Part shown: positions 1 to 9,969 of the stretch, piece by piece
Layout: the number at the start of each line of letters is the position of its first letter
Position numbering within the stretch: position 1 is the stretch's first letter
IMG/VR virus record: IMGVR_UViG_3300035696_000004
Coordinates: 32,001 to 96,000 of that record
DNA from: a virus
Taxonomy: Duplodnaviria > Caudoviricetes
Length of the DNA: 64,000 nt
Strand: one strand, 5' to 3'
The notes under the pieces: model-generated
Database searches by the model: none
Seen by the model: the letters and a program-made list of their open reading frames with translations, nothing else
What the model was told of the DNA's origin: nothing
Made by a program: the position numbers and the translations under genes

Positions 1-19
1 CGTTATTCTTCAACAGGCC

Positions 20-2026
20 ATGAACGGTATCCAACAACTCCGCGACAATGAAATCGACAATGTGCTTCTCGACGGAGAGCACACTCATGTTTTTCTGACA
101 CGCTCCAATCTGGATTCCTTCAAACCGCTCATTGAATCCATGAGTGCCAATTTCCGGCGGCACGCTCTGTCCGAAGCGCCGATGGCTCTTAAGCACCATA
201 AAGACTTCATGGAGCGCTGCACGCTCGCGCTTGACGTGATATCTCATGTTGTTGGCGAGGACGCGGATACATTCGAAGAAGCAGCAAAGCAGCTTTTTGC
301 TCAAGAAATGGCGGCGTATCGCCGTGAACTGGGTCCGAAACCCGCAGCATCCGGCAGAGCGATGGTGTTCGATCTTACCAAAGATGTTTTTGCGTACGAT
401 GATGATCTCATCCGAGACATTTCGAATTGCCTCAACAGCGTCCGCAAAGACGAACTCGAGTGTGTCATCTTGATCGGTTCGAAAGGACAGCTCCCTCTGA
501 GCAAGGGGTTTGATAAAAAGCTGAATGAAACACGTTCGGAAATCCGTGCCCGATTCGACGCCTACGTTCATCGTCATCAAGGCGCCGCGTCGGATGAAGA
601 AATCAAAGACCTGCTGGATGTCTTCGGCCCCGTATTGGATGCCGTGTCCTTGGTGTCCGAACACGAACAAGTCTTCTTTCTGAAACAGATGAAGAAGATG
701 TACGACGGTGTTCGGAAGCCCCAAGAAGCGGAACCGATTCCGCACAGTTCGATCCTCGCCCCGGAGTCGGCAAACACCAGAGTGTCGACAGTCATTCTTC
801 AGCTGCGCGCGAATCCCGACAATATTCACGAAGCTTCGGTATACGTGAAAGATCTGATGAAACCGGAAGAGGCGCCCTCTGTCGTACTGCGCAGTGTGGA
901 AGAGCTCATCGCCACCCTACGTTCCGGCAAGTACGCCATGAAGCTCGTTTCGGATAACGGTCAAGCGCAAGATCCTTCCCCTGCCGAACCCGCTGCACCC
1001 GAAGCCAAAGCCGAACTCTTTCCGGCCACCAAGAAACTGGATCCCGAGCCGATTAAAAAGACGAGGATCAATCCTTACCCGGTGAATGTGGAATGCGGCA
1101 TCAAAGATACGTCCGCTGATCCGATCGCCCCCGGACGTATTGACGTCCAGACCAGCCGACCTTTCTGGGTGACGGGCGTGAACCCGATGTCGCGAGTGTA
1201 TCTGAGCGCTATCCCGGGTCACTATCCGTCGGTTGATCTGCCTGTCTCTGGTGGTCGGCAAATCAAGTGCAGTTGCGGTTTCGAAACTCGTGTGTACTAT
1301 GCGAGCGAAACCATGGAGGAGGTTAACGGGGTTCCGACTCCGCATCCGGCGCTGGTACTTTGGCAACAGCACATTGATGCCGCCGCGCACGCCTATCGCA
1401 ACAACCAACGTGCAATGGTCGCCGAGAAGACCTTTGGTGCGACCCAGGCGCCGGAAGTCGCTCATGTATCGGAAGGACCTCATGTCACCGTGGTTCCCGG
1501 TAACCTGGTCATTGATGCGCTCAACACGGCTCGTACTGCGCTGGTCCAGGCACGGGATCACACCAAACTCGCAATGGAGAAAGGAAAGGTAAACGATGCG
1601 GATGAAGCGAACAAGCTCCGGAAGACCCTTGTTAACGATTTCGTTGGTCCTGACAGTATGTTTGTTCGCTATCTGTCTCCTGACGTGTTTGTCGGTGGTC
1701 GGGGCCTTCTTGGGATTAAAGAACTTGGGTTCGAAGTCTATCAAGACGATATCGAGGTGGTGCCGTGGCGGATTCTCTCGTCTTACGTAGAGGGTGCTTA
1801 TACACGGCGCAATGGCGCGCGTCAACTGCTCTTCAAACTCGGTGACTACCAGCTTGCCCACAGGAACTGCGATGACAACCTCGTGGAACCTTGGCTTCTT
1901 GAGTCTAACAGCGAAAAGACGACCAAGTCGCCTGTCTTGCAACTCTCGACCCCGGAGCTGGCTCAGCTGCATGGCGCGCTCCTGAAGCGTTTCCAAGACT
2001 GCCTGGGTAGCGGTATTTCGATGTAA
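20..2026 (+). CDS. hypothetical protein (668 aa)
   Basis: Long ORF ending just before a hairpin at 2042; contains a CxC (KCSCGF) element; no family recognised. Confidence 0.75.
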   Translation: MNGIQQLRDNEIDNVLLDGEHTHVFLTRSNLDSFKPLIESMSANFRRHALSEAPMALKHHKDFMERCTLALDVISHVVGEDADTFEEAAKQLFAQEMAAYRRELGPKPAASGRAMVFDLTKDVFAYDDDLIRDISNCLNSVRKDELECVILIGSKGQLPLSKGFDKKLNETRSEIRARFDAYVHRHQGAASDEEIKDLLDVFGPVLDAVSLVSEHEQVFFLKQMKKMYDGVRKPQEAEPIPHSSILAPESANTRVSTVILQLRANPDNIHEASVYVKDLMKPEEAPSVVLRSVEELIATLRSGKYAMKLVSDNGQAQDPSPAEPAAPEAKAELFPATKKLDPEPIKKTRINPYPVNVECGIKDTSADPIAPGRIDVQTSRPFWVTGVNPMSRVYLSAIPGHYPSVDLPVSGGRQIKCSCGFETRVYYASETMEEVNGVPTPHPALVLWQQHIDAAAHAYRNNQRAMVAEKTFGATQAPEVAHVSEGPHVTVVPGNLVIDALNTARTALVQARDHTKLAMEKGKVNDADEANKLRKTLVNDFVGPDSMFVRYLSPDVFVGGRGLLGIKELGFEVYQDDIEVVPWRILSSYVEGAYTRRNGARQLLFKLGDYQLAHRNCDDNLVEPWLLESNSEKTTKSPVLQLSTPELAQLHGALLKRFQDCLGSGISM

Positions 2027-2041
2027 GGTCTGCTGATGCAA

Positions 2042-2077
2042 TCATAGAGCCCGGGGCGTTTGCCCCGGGCTCTATGA
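2042..2077. terminator. bidirectional hairpin between convergent genes
   Basis: Perfect 16-bp stem TCATAGAGCCCGGGGC / GCCCCGGGCTCTATGA with a 4-nt loop. Confidence 0.8.
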
Positions 2078-2079
2078 CA

Positions 2080-3315
2080 TCAGATATCCGCTCCAATCTT
2101 TAAGAAGAAGGCGTAGCTGTTTTCCATCGTCAAGTCCGTCTCACATGCATCCGAAAGGCACACCTGATTCATGGCGTCTACCGTGTGATAGAGTCGGTTG
2201 TAGACAAAGTTGTCTACAACGTATAGTGCCCACTGACCATCTTCCCATTGCGGCCAGTACTCCGCACATTTACCCACACCATTGATCAAGAGATGTTCTG
2301 GATCCTCAAAGGCAATCAGTTGACCCGGGAATGGGGTCGTCTGAACAAACCCGCGTTCTTTGAACACATTGGGATTATCCAGAATAACAAAGAATGATTG
2401 AGGGAGTTGTACATACGCCAGCAAGTTCTCATCGCTCAGAAAGTCATCAACAACGATCTGAGAGGCATTGTTTCGTGTCCGCTGGATAGGAAGACTCGAG
2501 AGGTCGATTGTTTTCCATGATTCGTAATAGCGATCGAATAACGGAATGTTTTCGAAGTCAATAGCCACTTCCGTCGTCCCGACTTGATAGAACGATTTGT
2601 TGTCAATGAGATGGAGATACCCGCCCAACACCAACATCACAGTTTTATTCGTGATATCGATACCGAGATCAACAAACATCCGGTTCCGATACGATTGTGT
2701 GGAATCCTGCTTATAGATCATGGACGAAGTAATCGGAAGTTGTGTCAACGTTCCGAGCTTCTGGAAGTTCAAGATACCGACTTGATTTTTGTTCGCCAGT
2801 AAGCAGGACTTCATCCCTTCACGGATGTAACAACCGTTGGGATCCTCTACAGTCTGATGAAAGAAACCATTGACCGACACCAAGCAACTCTTTGCAAACA
2901 AGGAGAAGTCAACACCCGACTTCTCGAGGTAGAGCCATTTCTTGTCACCGGCTGGCAATGTTACGGTCGAAGAGATCGTAGGTTTGACCGGTGTAACACT
3001 GTAACCCGCCAAGAACGCATCTTTGAATCGAGCGTAGCGGGTATTTAGCGTCGTGAGTGTCGTGCTCGCAGGGAGCGTTGTAGCCCCATTAGCAGCCAAG
3101 AACGCATTGAAGGTAATCGCTTCACCACCGACCTTATATCGGATGTCGGCGAAGTGCAAGCAGACATTTTGATCGAGAAAGGGGTTCGACAAAATGATGT
3201 AAGCATCGAGATAGTCGCTGACGAGCGTGGAGATCAGCATATCGCCAATGTCGATACTCACCCAACGACCATCACCATCGATGGGTTTTGCAATAGCGGA
3301 TACGACATTATACAT
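2080..3315 (-). CDS. probable virion structural (baseplate/tail) protein, phiKZ-like
   Basis: 411-aa ORF divergent from the fibre genes; synteny with the phiKZ-like baseplate/fibre module (recalled, not searched). Confidence 0.6.
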   Translation of the reverse strand: MYNVVSAIAKPIDGDGRWVSIDIGDMLISTLVSDYLDAYIILSNPFLDQNVCLHFADIRYKVGGEAITFNAFLAANGATTLPASTTLTTLNTRYARFKDAFLAGYSVTPVKPTISSTVTLPAGDKKWLYLEKSGVDFSLFAKSCLVSVNGFFHQTVEDPNGCYIREGMKSCLLANKNQVGILNFQKLGTLTQLPITSSMIYKQDSTQSYRNRMFVDLGIDITNKTVMLVLGGYLHLIDNKSFYQVGTTEVAIDFENIPLFDRYYESWKTIDLSSLPIQRTRNNASQIVVDDFLSDENLLAYVQLPQSFFVILDNPNVFKERGFVQTTPFPGQLIAFEDPEHLLINGVGKCAEYWPQWEDGQWALYVVDNFVYNRLYHTVDAMNQVCLSDACETDLTMENSYAFFLKIGADI

Positions 3316-3420
3316 AGCGATCCCCGTAAAAATTGACTTGAAATACTATGGTTAGAAAGGCGGCCTATAGGATATTTGATCGTAGGCGTGACCTGAAACA
3401 GTCGAAATTTAGGAGGGCAC

Positions 3421-5817
3421 ATGCCTACTGCAACAACTTATGCTTACGATCCGACGGGTGTCCTCCCTGCGAATCTGGTGCCAAATGAGCAGCAAATCCT
3501 CACGCCGAATGTGTTTGCGGAGTACTATTGCATCGTCCCCAACTTCGCTCCGTTCTTTGGCGATTCGTTGTCGATCGTGTTTGTGCCCGCTGATACGACC
3601 CAGGCCTCCAGACCGTTTGTATTGGGTACCGATTTTTATCCGACGCACGAGTTCATCTCGGCGTCCCGAGCGTGCGCCAAACCGATCTATGGGTCGATCA
3701 CGTTCTTCAATACCAGTTTGTCTGGTGTGGCTATCATTTCGTATCAAACACTCGGTGGTCAGTGGCTGATCAACCAGCAAGAAATTGCGACGATACTGGC
3801 TGATACGGAGCACAACCCGAGAACGACCGCTTGGGAAGAAGTGGTCTATGTGCCGAACAACTTCCCTCCGGTTGACCATGAATGGAATCTGGTTGACATG
3901 GTCGGAATGAGCGAAATCGTTACAGCGCTCGGTACTATCGAAACCTCGCTCCGAGATATGACTCAGACAGGGTTGGCTGCTCACCTGGCAGACTATACCA
4001 ATCCGCACCGCGTGACGGCATCGCAAGTCGGCCTCGGGAATGTCGACAACTTCACGACGGCGACGCTGCAAGACGCTTTGGCGGGTACCGCAACGAATGA
4101 ATTCATGACGCCCTACACAACGATGCAAGTCGTTGATACGGTCGCTCTGGAACCGTTGCAAACTCACATGGCGGATTACACCAACTCCCACAAGGTCACG
4201 GCTGCTCAAACGGGAGCCTACACGTCTAGCCAAACCGATGCACTGCTCATAAAGAAGCTGGATTCTACTGGAGTGGCAGCGGATTCGGCGATGTTCGGTG
4301 GCAAGACGCCAGCGGCGTATGCGGCTGCTGTGTTGCTGGGTACCGCTGCGAATGCGCAAGCTCTGGGCGGTGTTTCTCTGGCTACCTTGCAGGCCTCGAT
4401 CACGGCGGCCGGCACGTCCGCGACGACCTTTGGTGGTTTTACCTACAGTGCTGCGAAACAAGACATTCTTTCCGGTACTGCCGCCAATTCGTTGGAGCTG
4501 GCTGGGATGGATGTCCCGACGTTGACCGCACAGATTCTGGGAGGCACAGCCGCTAACGCCTCGGTAGCAGAGAATGCACAGGCGCTCAGTGGGTTGTCGG
4601 TATCGGATCTGACGACGCAGATTTTGGCGGGTACCGCAGCAAACGCTACCCAATTTGCGGGTTTGACGCAATCTGCTTGGGAGCAGACGATTGCGAACCA
4701 AATCACCGAAGCCACGTCGTCGATCTTGGCAGCACCTACGATCGCCGCTACCACTGGTGATACGGTCAACGCAACGTGGTACAAGTTCGCCACGCTCATG
4801 TTCACATCGGGGCAATCGGCTGTTCCTGCTGATGGTGATTCTCAGTGGCTGGTGTCGGGTGGTGATAACGGTACGGCGTCAGGTCTTTACTACGTGCGCC
4901 TCTCGTTGCGCGGAGCGTTGGGATCTGAAGCTAGCATCGAAGTCATCAATCTGAATGGCGTCAGTGCGGATGTGGACTTCGGTTTCAACACGGTTCAAAG
5001 CGCTACCGGTAGCTCGGTGTACAATGTTGGAGTCTGGTTCAAAGCGGGTGCAAACCATAGTCAAGTGACCGTGGTTCAACTGGCGATTGGTCAGGGCTCG
5101 ACTCTTACGACATCGACGATTGCTGAATCGGCTGTGACGGTAGAACCAACCGGAATGACGTACGCCGGCTCCAATACGTTGATAGCTGCCACCACGGCTG
5201 AGCTCAATTCTCTCGATACGACCTTGACTGCATTGATCAACACCGCTCAAACGGCAGCGACCAATGCCGCAGCGGCTGCAACTGTTGCTCAAAACGTTGC
5301 TACCGCTGCGTTGGCTAAAGCCAACAACCTGTCGGACTTGACAGACGTTGTCGCAGCTCGCACCAATCTCGGTGTCTACAGCACCACCCAGGTGGACACG
5401 AGCATTTCGACAGTGACGACGCTAGCTAATCAAGCGAAGTCGTGGGCACAAAACGCTTTGGCATCGGCAAACACTGCGAATAACGCTATAGCGACACCTG
5501 TTGTTACGGTGGATGCTGCAACAAGAACGTTGCTGGCCACGGACCCGTCCTATTCTGGAAATGTCGGGAGCACGTTGCTATTTAACGGCACTACTGACCA
5601 GACTTTCTACGTTGCAGATGATACCGCCGCTGTTGTTCCAGTGTATGCGATTCTCGAAGTGTACAATACCGGATCGGGTAATCTGACGATCACGGTCGCG
5701 GATGCTAGCGTTTCGCTGAATGGTTCGACTACGTTCAGCAAAGTCATCAGTGCGTACACCAAAGCCACGCTCAAGAAGATCGCAGCCAATACCTGGTTGG
5801 TGACGGTTAGCGCTTAA
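3421..5817 (+). CDS. tail fibre / baseplate fibre protein (phiKZ gp131-like N-terminus)
   Basis: N-terminal YDPTG..P.NLV motif, H..DY.NPH.VTA.Q repeats, GTAANA repeats, KANNLSDL..ARTNLGV fibre motif; RBS AGGAGG. Confidence 0.75.
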   Translation: MPTATTYAYDPTGVLPANLVPNEQQILTPNVFAEYYCIVPNFAPFFGDSLSIVFVPADTTQASRPFVLGTDFYPTHEFISASRACAKPIYGSITFFNTSLSGVAIISYQTLGGQWLINQQEIATILADTEHNPRTTAWEEVVYVPNNFPPVDHEWNLVDMVGMSEIVTALGTIETSLRDMTQTGLAAHLADYTNPHRVTASQVGLGNVDNFTTATLQDALAGTATNEFMTPYTTMQVVDTVALEPLQTHMADYTNSHKVTAAQTGAYTSSQTDALLIKKLDSTGVAADSAMFGGKTPAAYAAAVLLGTAANAQALGGVSLATLQASITAAGTSATTFGGFTYSAAKQDILSGTAANSLELAGMDVPTLTAQILGGTAANASVAENAQALSGLSVSDLTTQILAGTAANATQFAGLTQSAWEQTIANQITEATSSILAAPTIAATTGDTVNATWYKFATLMFTSGQSAVPADGDSQWLVSGGDNGTASGLYYVRLSLRGALGSEASIEVINLNGVSADVDFGFNTVQSATGSSVYNVGVWFKAGANHSQVTVVQLAIGQGSTLTTSTIAESAVTVEPTGMTYAGSNTLIAATTAELNSLDTTLTALINTAQTAATNAAAAATVAQNVATAALAKANNLSDLTDVVAARTNLGVYSTTQVDTSISTVTTLANQAKSWAQNALASANTANNAIATPVVTVDAATRTLLATDPSYSGNVGSTLLFNGTTDQTFYVADDTAAVVPVYAILEVYNTGSGNLTITVADASVSLNGSTTFSKVISAYTKATLKKIAANTWLVTVSA
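4324..4650 (+). repeat. intragenic peptide repeats (x-L-x-GTAANA..L/F-x-G), about 4 copies
   Basis: VLLGTAANAQALGG, ILSGTAANSLELAG, ILGGTAANA..QALSG, ILAGTAANATQFAG in the translation; boundaries approximate. Confidence 0.65.
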
Positions 5818-5831
5818 TAAATCATAGAGGG

Positions 5832-5855
5832 CAGCCACGGAAACGTGGCTGTTTT
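5832..5855 (+). terminator. hairpin plus T-run between the fibre genes
   Basis: CAGCCACG-GAAA-CGTGGCTG followed by TTTT. Confidence 0.55.
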
Positions 5856-5859
5856 ATCA

Positions 5860-6888
5860 ATGACCACGTTGATTCAATACCCGCTAGATCCCACAGGGGC
5901 GTCTCCGACAAACCTCGTGGAGAATGAACCCCATACACTGACCACCCGAACGTATCGTTGCTTTGCGACCGATTACGGTGCGTTCTTCGAAACCTCCATG
6001 GTCGTGACCGATGTGGCGACAGGGAAACCACTTACCTCTGACCAGTTCTACTGCGCCGAGATGTACGAGCTTCCGTCGGCACGATACGGCCAAGAGATTG
6101 ATGCCATTGTCGTGATTACGGATAGCGCGATCAGCAACAATGTAACCGTCACGTATCAAGCACTGGGTGGTCCTTACAGTACGGCTGCTACGGCGATTAT
6201 CAGTCAGCTCAATGCGCTCCAGCTGGATGATCGCCCTATCTCGTGGCCGAACATCGAGATGAAGCCGTCCGAATACCCTCCGAGTTTCCACTTGCACGAT
6301 ATCGGGGATGTATACGGTTTCGAATATCTGGTTCATGCCATCGATCGAGTGAGGGCTGCAATCGAGCTGGGTGACGCTGCATCGAACGACGGTATCTACA
6401 AGTACATCGATTCACAGATCGCTGCTCTGAATTCGATTCTGAGTACCGCCAATGCCGCTTTGACAACCCACTTGAACAACTTTTCGAACCCGCATAACGT
6501 GACGGCTGCCCAAACAGGCGCCATGACGGCAGCGGATACTCAGTCGTTGGTATCAGGTGTCGAGTCGGAATTGCAAGCGCACATTCAGAATCAATCGAAT
6601 CCTCACGATGTGACGGCTGCCCAAATTGATGTCTATACGAAGGAACAGTCCGATTCGAACTATCCTTCGATGGCGCAATTTAACGCGTTGCTCGCCGCAT
6701 TCAATCAGCACATCCAAAACCAATCGAACCCGCACAATGTGACAGCGGCTCAATTGGGTGTGACAACGACGGCTTCGTTGACGGCTCTTCTGGCGGGCTA
6801 TCAGCCTCTGTCGAGTGCTGTCAATGCAAGCAACTTCAACTCGTACTGGGATACGCGCTTGAGTCAGCGCATGGCCTTCACGTATTGA
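5860..6888 (+). CDS. fibre-family paralog (virion structural protein)
   Basis: YPLDPTG.SP.NLV N-terminus like the 3421 ORF; three NPH.VTAAQ repeats; ATG at 5860 preferred over GTG 5845, which lies in the hairpin. Confidence 0.75.
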   Translation: MTTLIQYPLDPTGASPTNLVENEPHTLTTRTYRCFATDYGAFFETSMVVTDVATGKPLTSDQFYCAEMYELPSARYGQEIDAIVVITDSAISNNVTVTYQALGGPYSTAATAIISQLNALQLDDRPISWPNIEMKPSEYPPSFHLHDIGDVYGFEYLVHAIDRVRAAIELGDAASNDGIYKYIDSQIAALNSILSTANAALTTHLNNFSNPHNVTAAQTGAMTAADTQSLVSGVESELQAHIQNQSNPHDVTAAQIDVYTKEQSDSNYPSMAQFNALLAAFNQHIQNQSNPHNVTAAQLGVTTTASLTALLAGYQPLSSAVNASNFNSYWDTRLSQRMAFTY

Positions 6889-6907
6889 TAATCAAAGGAG
6901 GTAGTGC

Positions 6908-7441
6908 ATGACAACGCTTTCGTTGAGTACGTTGACACCTGCCTTCTTGAATCGTCCCAATGATTCGATCCTGCGTGATTTGATTTATCACTTCACCAAG
7001 TTCGACATAGGTCGGTACAACAACGTCACCTATGGTCTTCCTACTATCTTGGATATCAAGAAAACGGTAGACCTGGATGAGAACACGTTGTTGACCGTAA
7101 AGATTCCTCGATCGGAGAACTTCCGATTCAATGGAGCGTATCATGCTCTGTATCGACGAATCCGATTCAGTGAAGCCGGTATCAGTTATATCCACGGGAA
7201 CTTCAGTCTTCCGATCAATACGCAAGACCTGGTTCCAATTATCAACAAGCAGTTCAACCTCCAACTGACGACTGACGATATCACCAATATCGAATACACG
7301 TCAGCAACGACAGCTGTTACCTTGAAAGCCAACCCGAATTCGAGAGTGTGGTTCGACTCTCTTCAAGTCGGTATTCAGGATAAGTTGTTTGCTGTCGTGA
7401 ATCTTTCGGGATTCAAAGAAGTCGTCATAGAGCCATTCTAG
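6908..7441 (+). CDS. hypothetical, probably virion-associated protein
   Basis: 177-aa ORF with RBS AAGGAGG; co-transcribed with the fibre genes. Confidence 0.7.
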   Translation: MTTLSLSTLTPAFLNRPNDSILRDLIYHFTKFDIGRYNNVTYGLPTILDIKKTVDLDENTLLTVKIPRSENFRFNGAYHALYRRIRFSEAGISYIHGNFSLPINTQDLVPIINKQFNLQLTTDDITNIEYTSATTAVTLKANPNSRVWFDSLQVGIQDKLFAVVNLSGFKEVVIEPF

Positions 7442-7444
7442 CGG

Positions 7445-7480
7445 CATAAGCCCTCTCCCGTTTGGGAGAGGGCGTCTATG
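7445..7480. terminator. hairpin between convergent genes
   Basis: GCCCTCTCCC-GTTT-GGGAGAGGGC flanked by CATA and TATG. Confidence 0.75.
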
Positions 7481-7484
7481 ACCG

Positions 7485-8105
7485 TCATTCTGTTTCGTTC
7501 AGAAATTGGTTGGATGTAATGAAGTAATCGTCGTAGAGTTTCCGAACAAACCCTTCACGGTCCTCCACGGTATTCTCACCATAACCTTCCGGTGCGATGA
7601 CCTCATCCAGATCAATCGGAAAATCAGGAATGGCGTTGTCCTTATCCTTGACTTCCAGATCAATCTTACACCATGGGTAGTACTTACCCTCGGGGTCCAG
7701 ATAGACGTCAATTTCCCAGACCAATTCACTGTTTTCAACAGGGAAGGCAAAACGATCTTTGATCATCCCGACTTCTGACAGGAATCGGAATTGGTTGAAG
7801 TTGTCCTCATTGGATGGAATGGCGAGTTCGAGCTTGCCATCCTTTTCACCCAATTTGACTTTCGTCGTGAGGACAAACTCTGGTTCAGCACCTTCTTTGA
7901 CCGTCTTGCGAATTCGAACTGACCCCGTCCCTGCGTTCTTCGGTGTCTTGGGGATACGAAGTTCCCATTGCTCTTGGCGTTCTTTGGAAGCGGCTCTTTT
8001 CAGTTGTTCCAGATCAACGATCTTGGCATAAAAGACATGCTCAATTTCCTTGATAGGAACACCGTTGGCCTCTTCCTCCAGAGCGACTGACAATAAACAT
8101 GACAT
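7485..8105 (-). CDS. CYTH-like (triphosphate tunnel) domain protein
   Basis: E-I-E motif near the N-terminus, RIRK..LTTK, K.RF.F, WEIDVY and C-terminal D-L-E-V motifs typical of CYTH; start at 8105 (or 8120). Confidence 0.6.
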   Translation of the reverse strand: MSCLLSVALEEEANGVPIKEIEHVFYAKIVDLEQLKRAASKERQEQWELRIPKTPKNAGTGSVRIRKTVKEGAEPEFVLTTKVKLGEKDGKLELAIPSNEDNFNQFRFLSEVGMIKDRFAFPVENSELVWEIDVYLDPEGKYYPWCKIDLEVKDKDNAIPDFPIDLDEVIAPEGYGENTVEDREGFVRKLYDDYFITSNQFLNETE

Positions 8106-8116
8106 AGTGGCGTCTT

Positions 8117-8581
8117 TCAAGAAAAGATAACGCGCGCAATCTCAGTGACTGTTTTCAAGAGTTCCTGGAGATTCGGGGTCTTCGACAAATAACTGTCCCT
8201 GACACCACGCTGTAAAAGTATCCCTGACATGGCGAGCACAAAAACGATCATCGTGATCGTCACGGTCTTTTTGAACCAAACACGAAAAGCCTTTCGATCC
8301 GGTTCGTCTACTTCGCCGACATAATGCCAGGGGTCATCCTCACTCCGGATCGATTGACGATACGTATACAACAGGTCGATCTGATCTTCAGAGCTCAATT
8401 CAAACAACGCATCCTTGAGATCACGACCGGTTGATTTAGCATGTAATCGAGGGAGTGAGGGATCTTTCTCAGCCAGCGCCGAATAGGATGCTATCAAATC
8501 CCCAAGAGGTGAACGACCCGCTCTTCTGGCTGAGAGTAGGCGGGTGTCGGATATCCCCCGGAGAATATCTTCGATAGGCAT
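8117..8581 (-). CDS. membrane protein, hypothetical
   Basis: 154-aa ORF with one clear hydrophobic segment (TVTITMIVFVLAMSGILL). Confidence 0.7.
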   Translation of the reverse strand: MPIEDILRGISDTRLLSARRAGRSPLGDLIASYSALAEKDPSLPRLHAKSTGRDLKDALFELSSEDQIDLLYTYRQSIRSEDDPWHYVGEVDEPDRKAFRVWFKKTVTITMIVFVLAMSGILLQRGVRDSYLSKTPNLQELLKTVTEIARVIFS

Positions 8582-8591
8582 GTTGATCTCC

Positions 8592-8909
8592 TTACTTCGT
8601 CAGTAAGGTCGTCGACAACCCCGGCGTGTTGAACAGTGCTTTGTGCGCGGCTTTCCAGGCACGGATCTGAACGATGTTGTTCTGGCAGATACCGGTATAG
8701 ACATACTGCTTGTTGAGCGTACTCGTCAACATGTCCTCCTTGTCTTGATCATTCGCCGCCAGGTACGCGTCTTTGGCTGGCGGTGGTGCAAAATTGCACG
8801 ATACCAGCAGCGCATCCGGAAGATCCGAAAACATGGGTTTTTCAACCACCTTTGGGGCTGCACACGCGGTCAGCGTCAAGACGAGACCGACCAGAATAGT
8901 TTTATACAT
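8592..8909 (-). CDS. o-spanin-like outer-membrane lipoprotein
   Basis: Signal peptide MYKTILVGLVLTLTAC with lipobox LTAC; Pro-rich P..LL..C..APPP segment; directly downstream of an i-spanin-like gene. Confidence 0.7.
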   Translation of the reverse strand: MYKTILVGLVLTLTACAAPKVVEKPMFSDLPDALLVSCNFAPPPAKDAYLAANDQDKEDMLTSTLNKQYVYTGICQNNIVQIRAWKAAHKALFNTPGLSTTLLTK

Positions 8910-8923
8910 GAGAAACCCCTTGC

Positions 8924-9382
8924 TTAGTTCGGTGAGGTAGCGCACGACGGGTCGCTCGCGCCAGCGCTTTTACAAAACGTGAACCAGAGTGTGTCGATCC
9001 GAACACTGCTGACCTTTTTGGCTTCTTCAGCCGCATTGGACGCCGTCTTCGGAAGGGTCGCGTAGTGCTGCTGGATATGGGCGATCTTCTGGTCTGCTTT
9101 CACTTGGTTGTCAGACGTATCCAGAACGAGTTGAGTGTCAGCAGCTGATGCCGACGCTACCACCTCCGTATTGATCGCACCACTGCTCGCTGCCAGCTTG
9201 TTGTCGGCGACGACGGTGTTCACTGCGTTCGTCGCGATGTGATTCTCGAGGACGAGGGCTTTGTTCTGGCCCTTGTAATAGACCGCCGCAATGACGATAG
9301 CGGTGATCAAGAGGCCCGCAATCACCCACGCCCCCGTTTCGATTTTGGCTTTGTAGGCCGTAAAGAACCCTGGAAGAGACAT
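8924..9382 (-). CDS. i-spanin-like inner-membrane protein
   Basis: Single N-terminal TM, then an Ala-rich helical region and C-terminal Cys pair; adjacent to the lipoprotein gene. Confidence 0.65.
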   Translation of the reverse strand: MSLPGFFTAYKAKIETGAWVIAGLLITAIVIAAVYYKGQNKALVLENHIATNAVNTVVADNKLAASSGAINTEVVASASAADTQLVLDTSDNQVKADQKIAHIQQHYATLPKTASNAAEEAKKVSSVRIDTLWFTFCKSAGASDPSCATSPN

Positions 9383-9960
9383 CGTTCTTCTCCAATCTGT
9401 TTATAAAGACCGTATGCCACCGCAATGGCATCGATAGAGTGTTCATCTAGCGTGTCCAGCGTATTGGCTGAACTCTCGTATTTCAAATCAGGTAATGCTA
9501 AGACCGCTTCACGAACAGCGTCTTTCTTTGCACTGGACCCTGCTTGGACAGCGAGCTTGACACAGGAGGGGGGCAACAAATGGAGTTGACACCACGAACT
9601 GTACCGCGTGACAGCCTGACGAATAAACGTCATGGTCGTCATCAGCGTCCCGTATGCATACGGTCGCAAGGAATTAAAGAAAGGGGATTCTGTCGCAACG
9701 TAGTCCGGTTGAACATCATTCAGAAGAGAAACCAACTCATCCGAAATCGCAGAGACTCTGGAATACATCTCGCCATGCTGTTCAGCCAACCATAAATCCC
9801 GACCTGGTAATCGTTCGCCGACCAAGGTCCTGGCTTCGGTACTGATGATCTCACCTGTTCGATTACTGAAGACGAGCTTAGCAATACCGAATGTGTTCGT
9901 GCCAGGATCGAGACCGACGATGCAGACCCGGTCACGGAAGTGGGACCGCATCGTCAGCAT
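9322..9960 (-). CDS. ruvC: RuvC-like Holliday junction resolvase
   Basis: IVGLDPG, VATESPF and H..DAIAVA catalytic motifs. Confidence 0.85.
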   Translation of the reverse strand: MLTMRSHFRDRVCIVGLDPGTNTFGIAKLVFSNRTGEIISTEARTLVGERLPGRDLWLAEQHGEMYSRVSAISDELVSLLNDVQPDYVATESPFFNSLRPYAYGTLMTTMTFIRQAVTRYSSWCQLHLLPPSCVKLAVQAGSSAKKDAVREAVLALPDLKYESSANTLDTLDEHSIDAIAVAYGLYKQIGEERCLFQGSLRPTKPKSKRGRG

Positions 9961-9969
9961 AGAGATCCT

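Noticed and set aside
917-2041. 374-aa minus-strand ORF
   Set aside because: Shadow of the 20-2026 gene
3409-4815. 468-aa Arg-rich minus-strand ORF
   Set aside because: Shadow of the Ala/Thr-rich fibre gene
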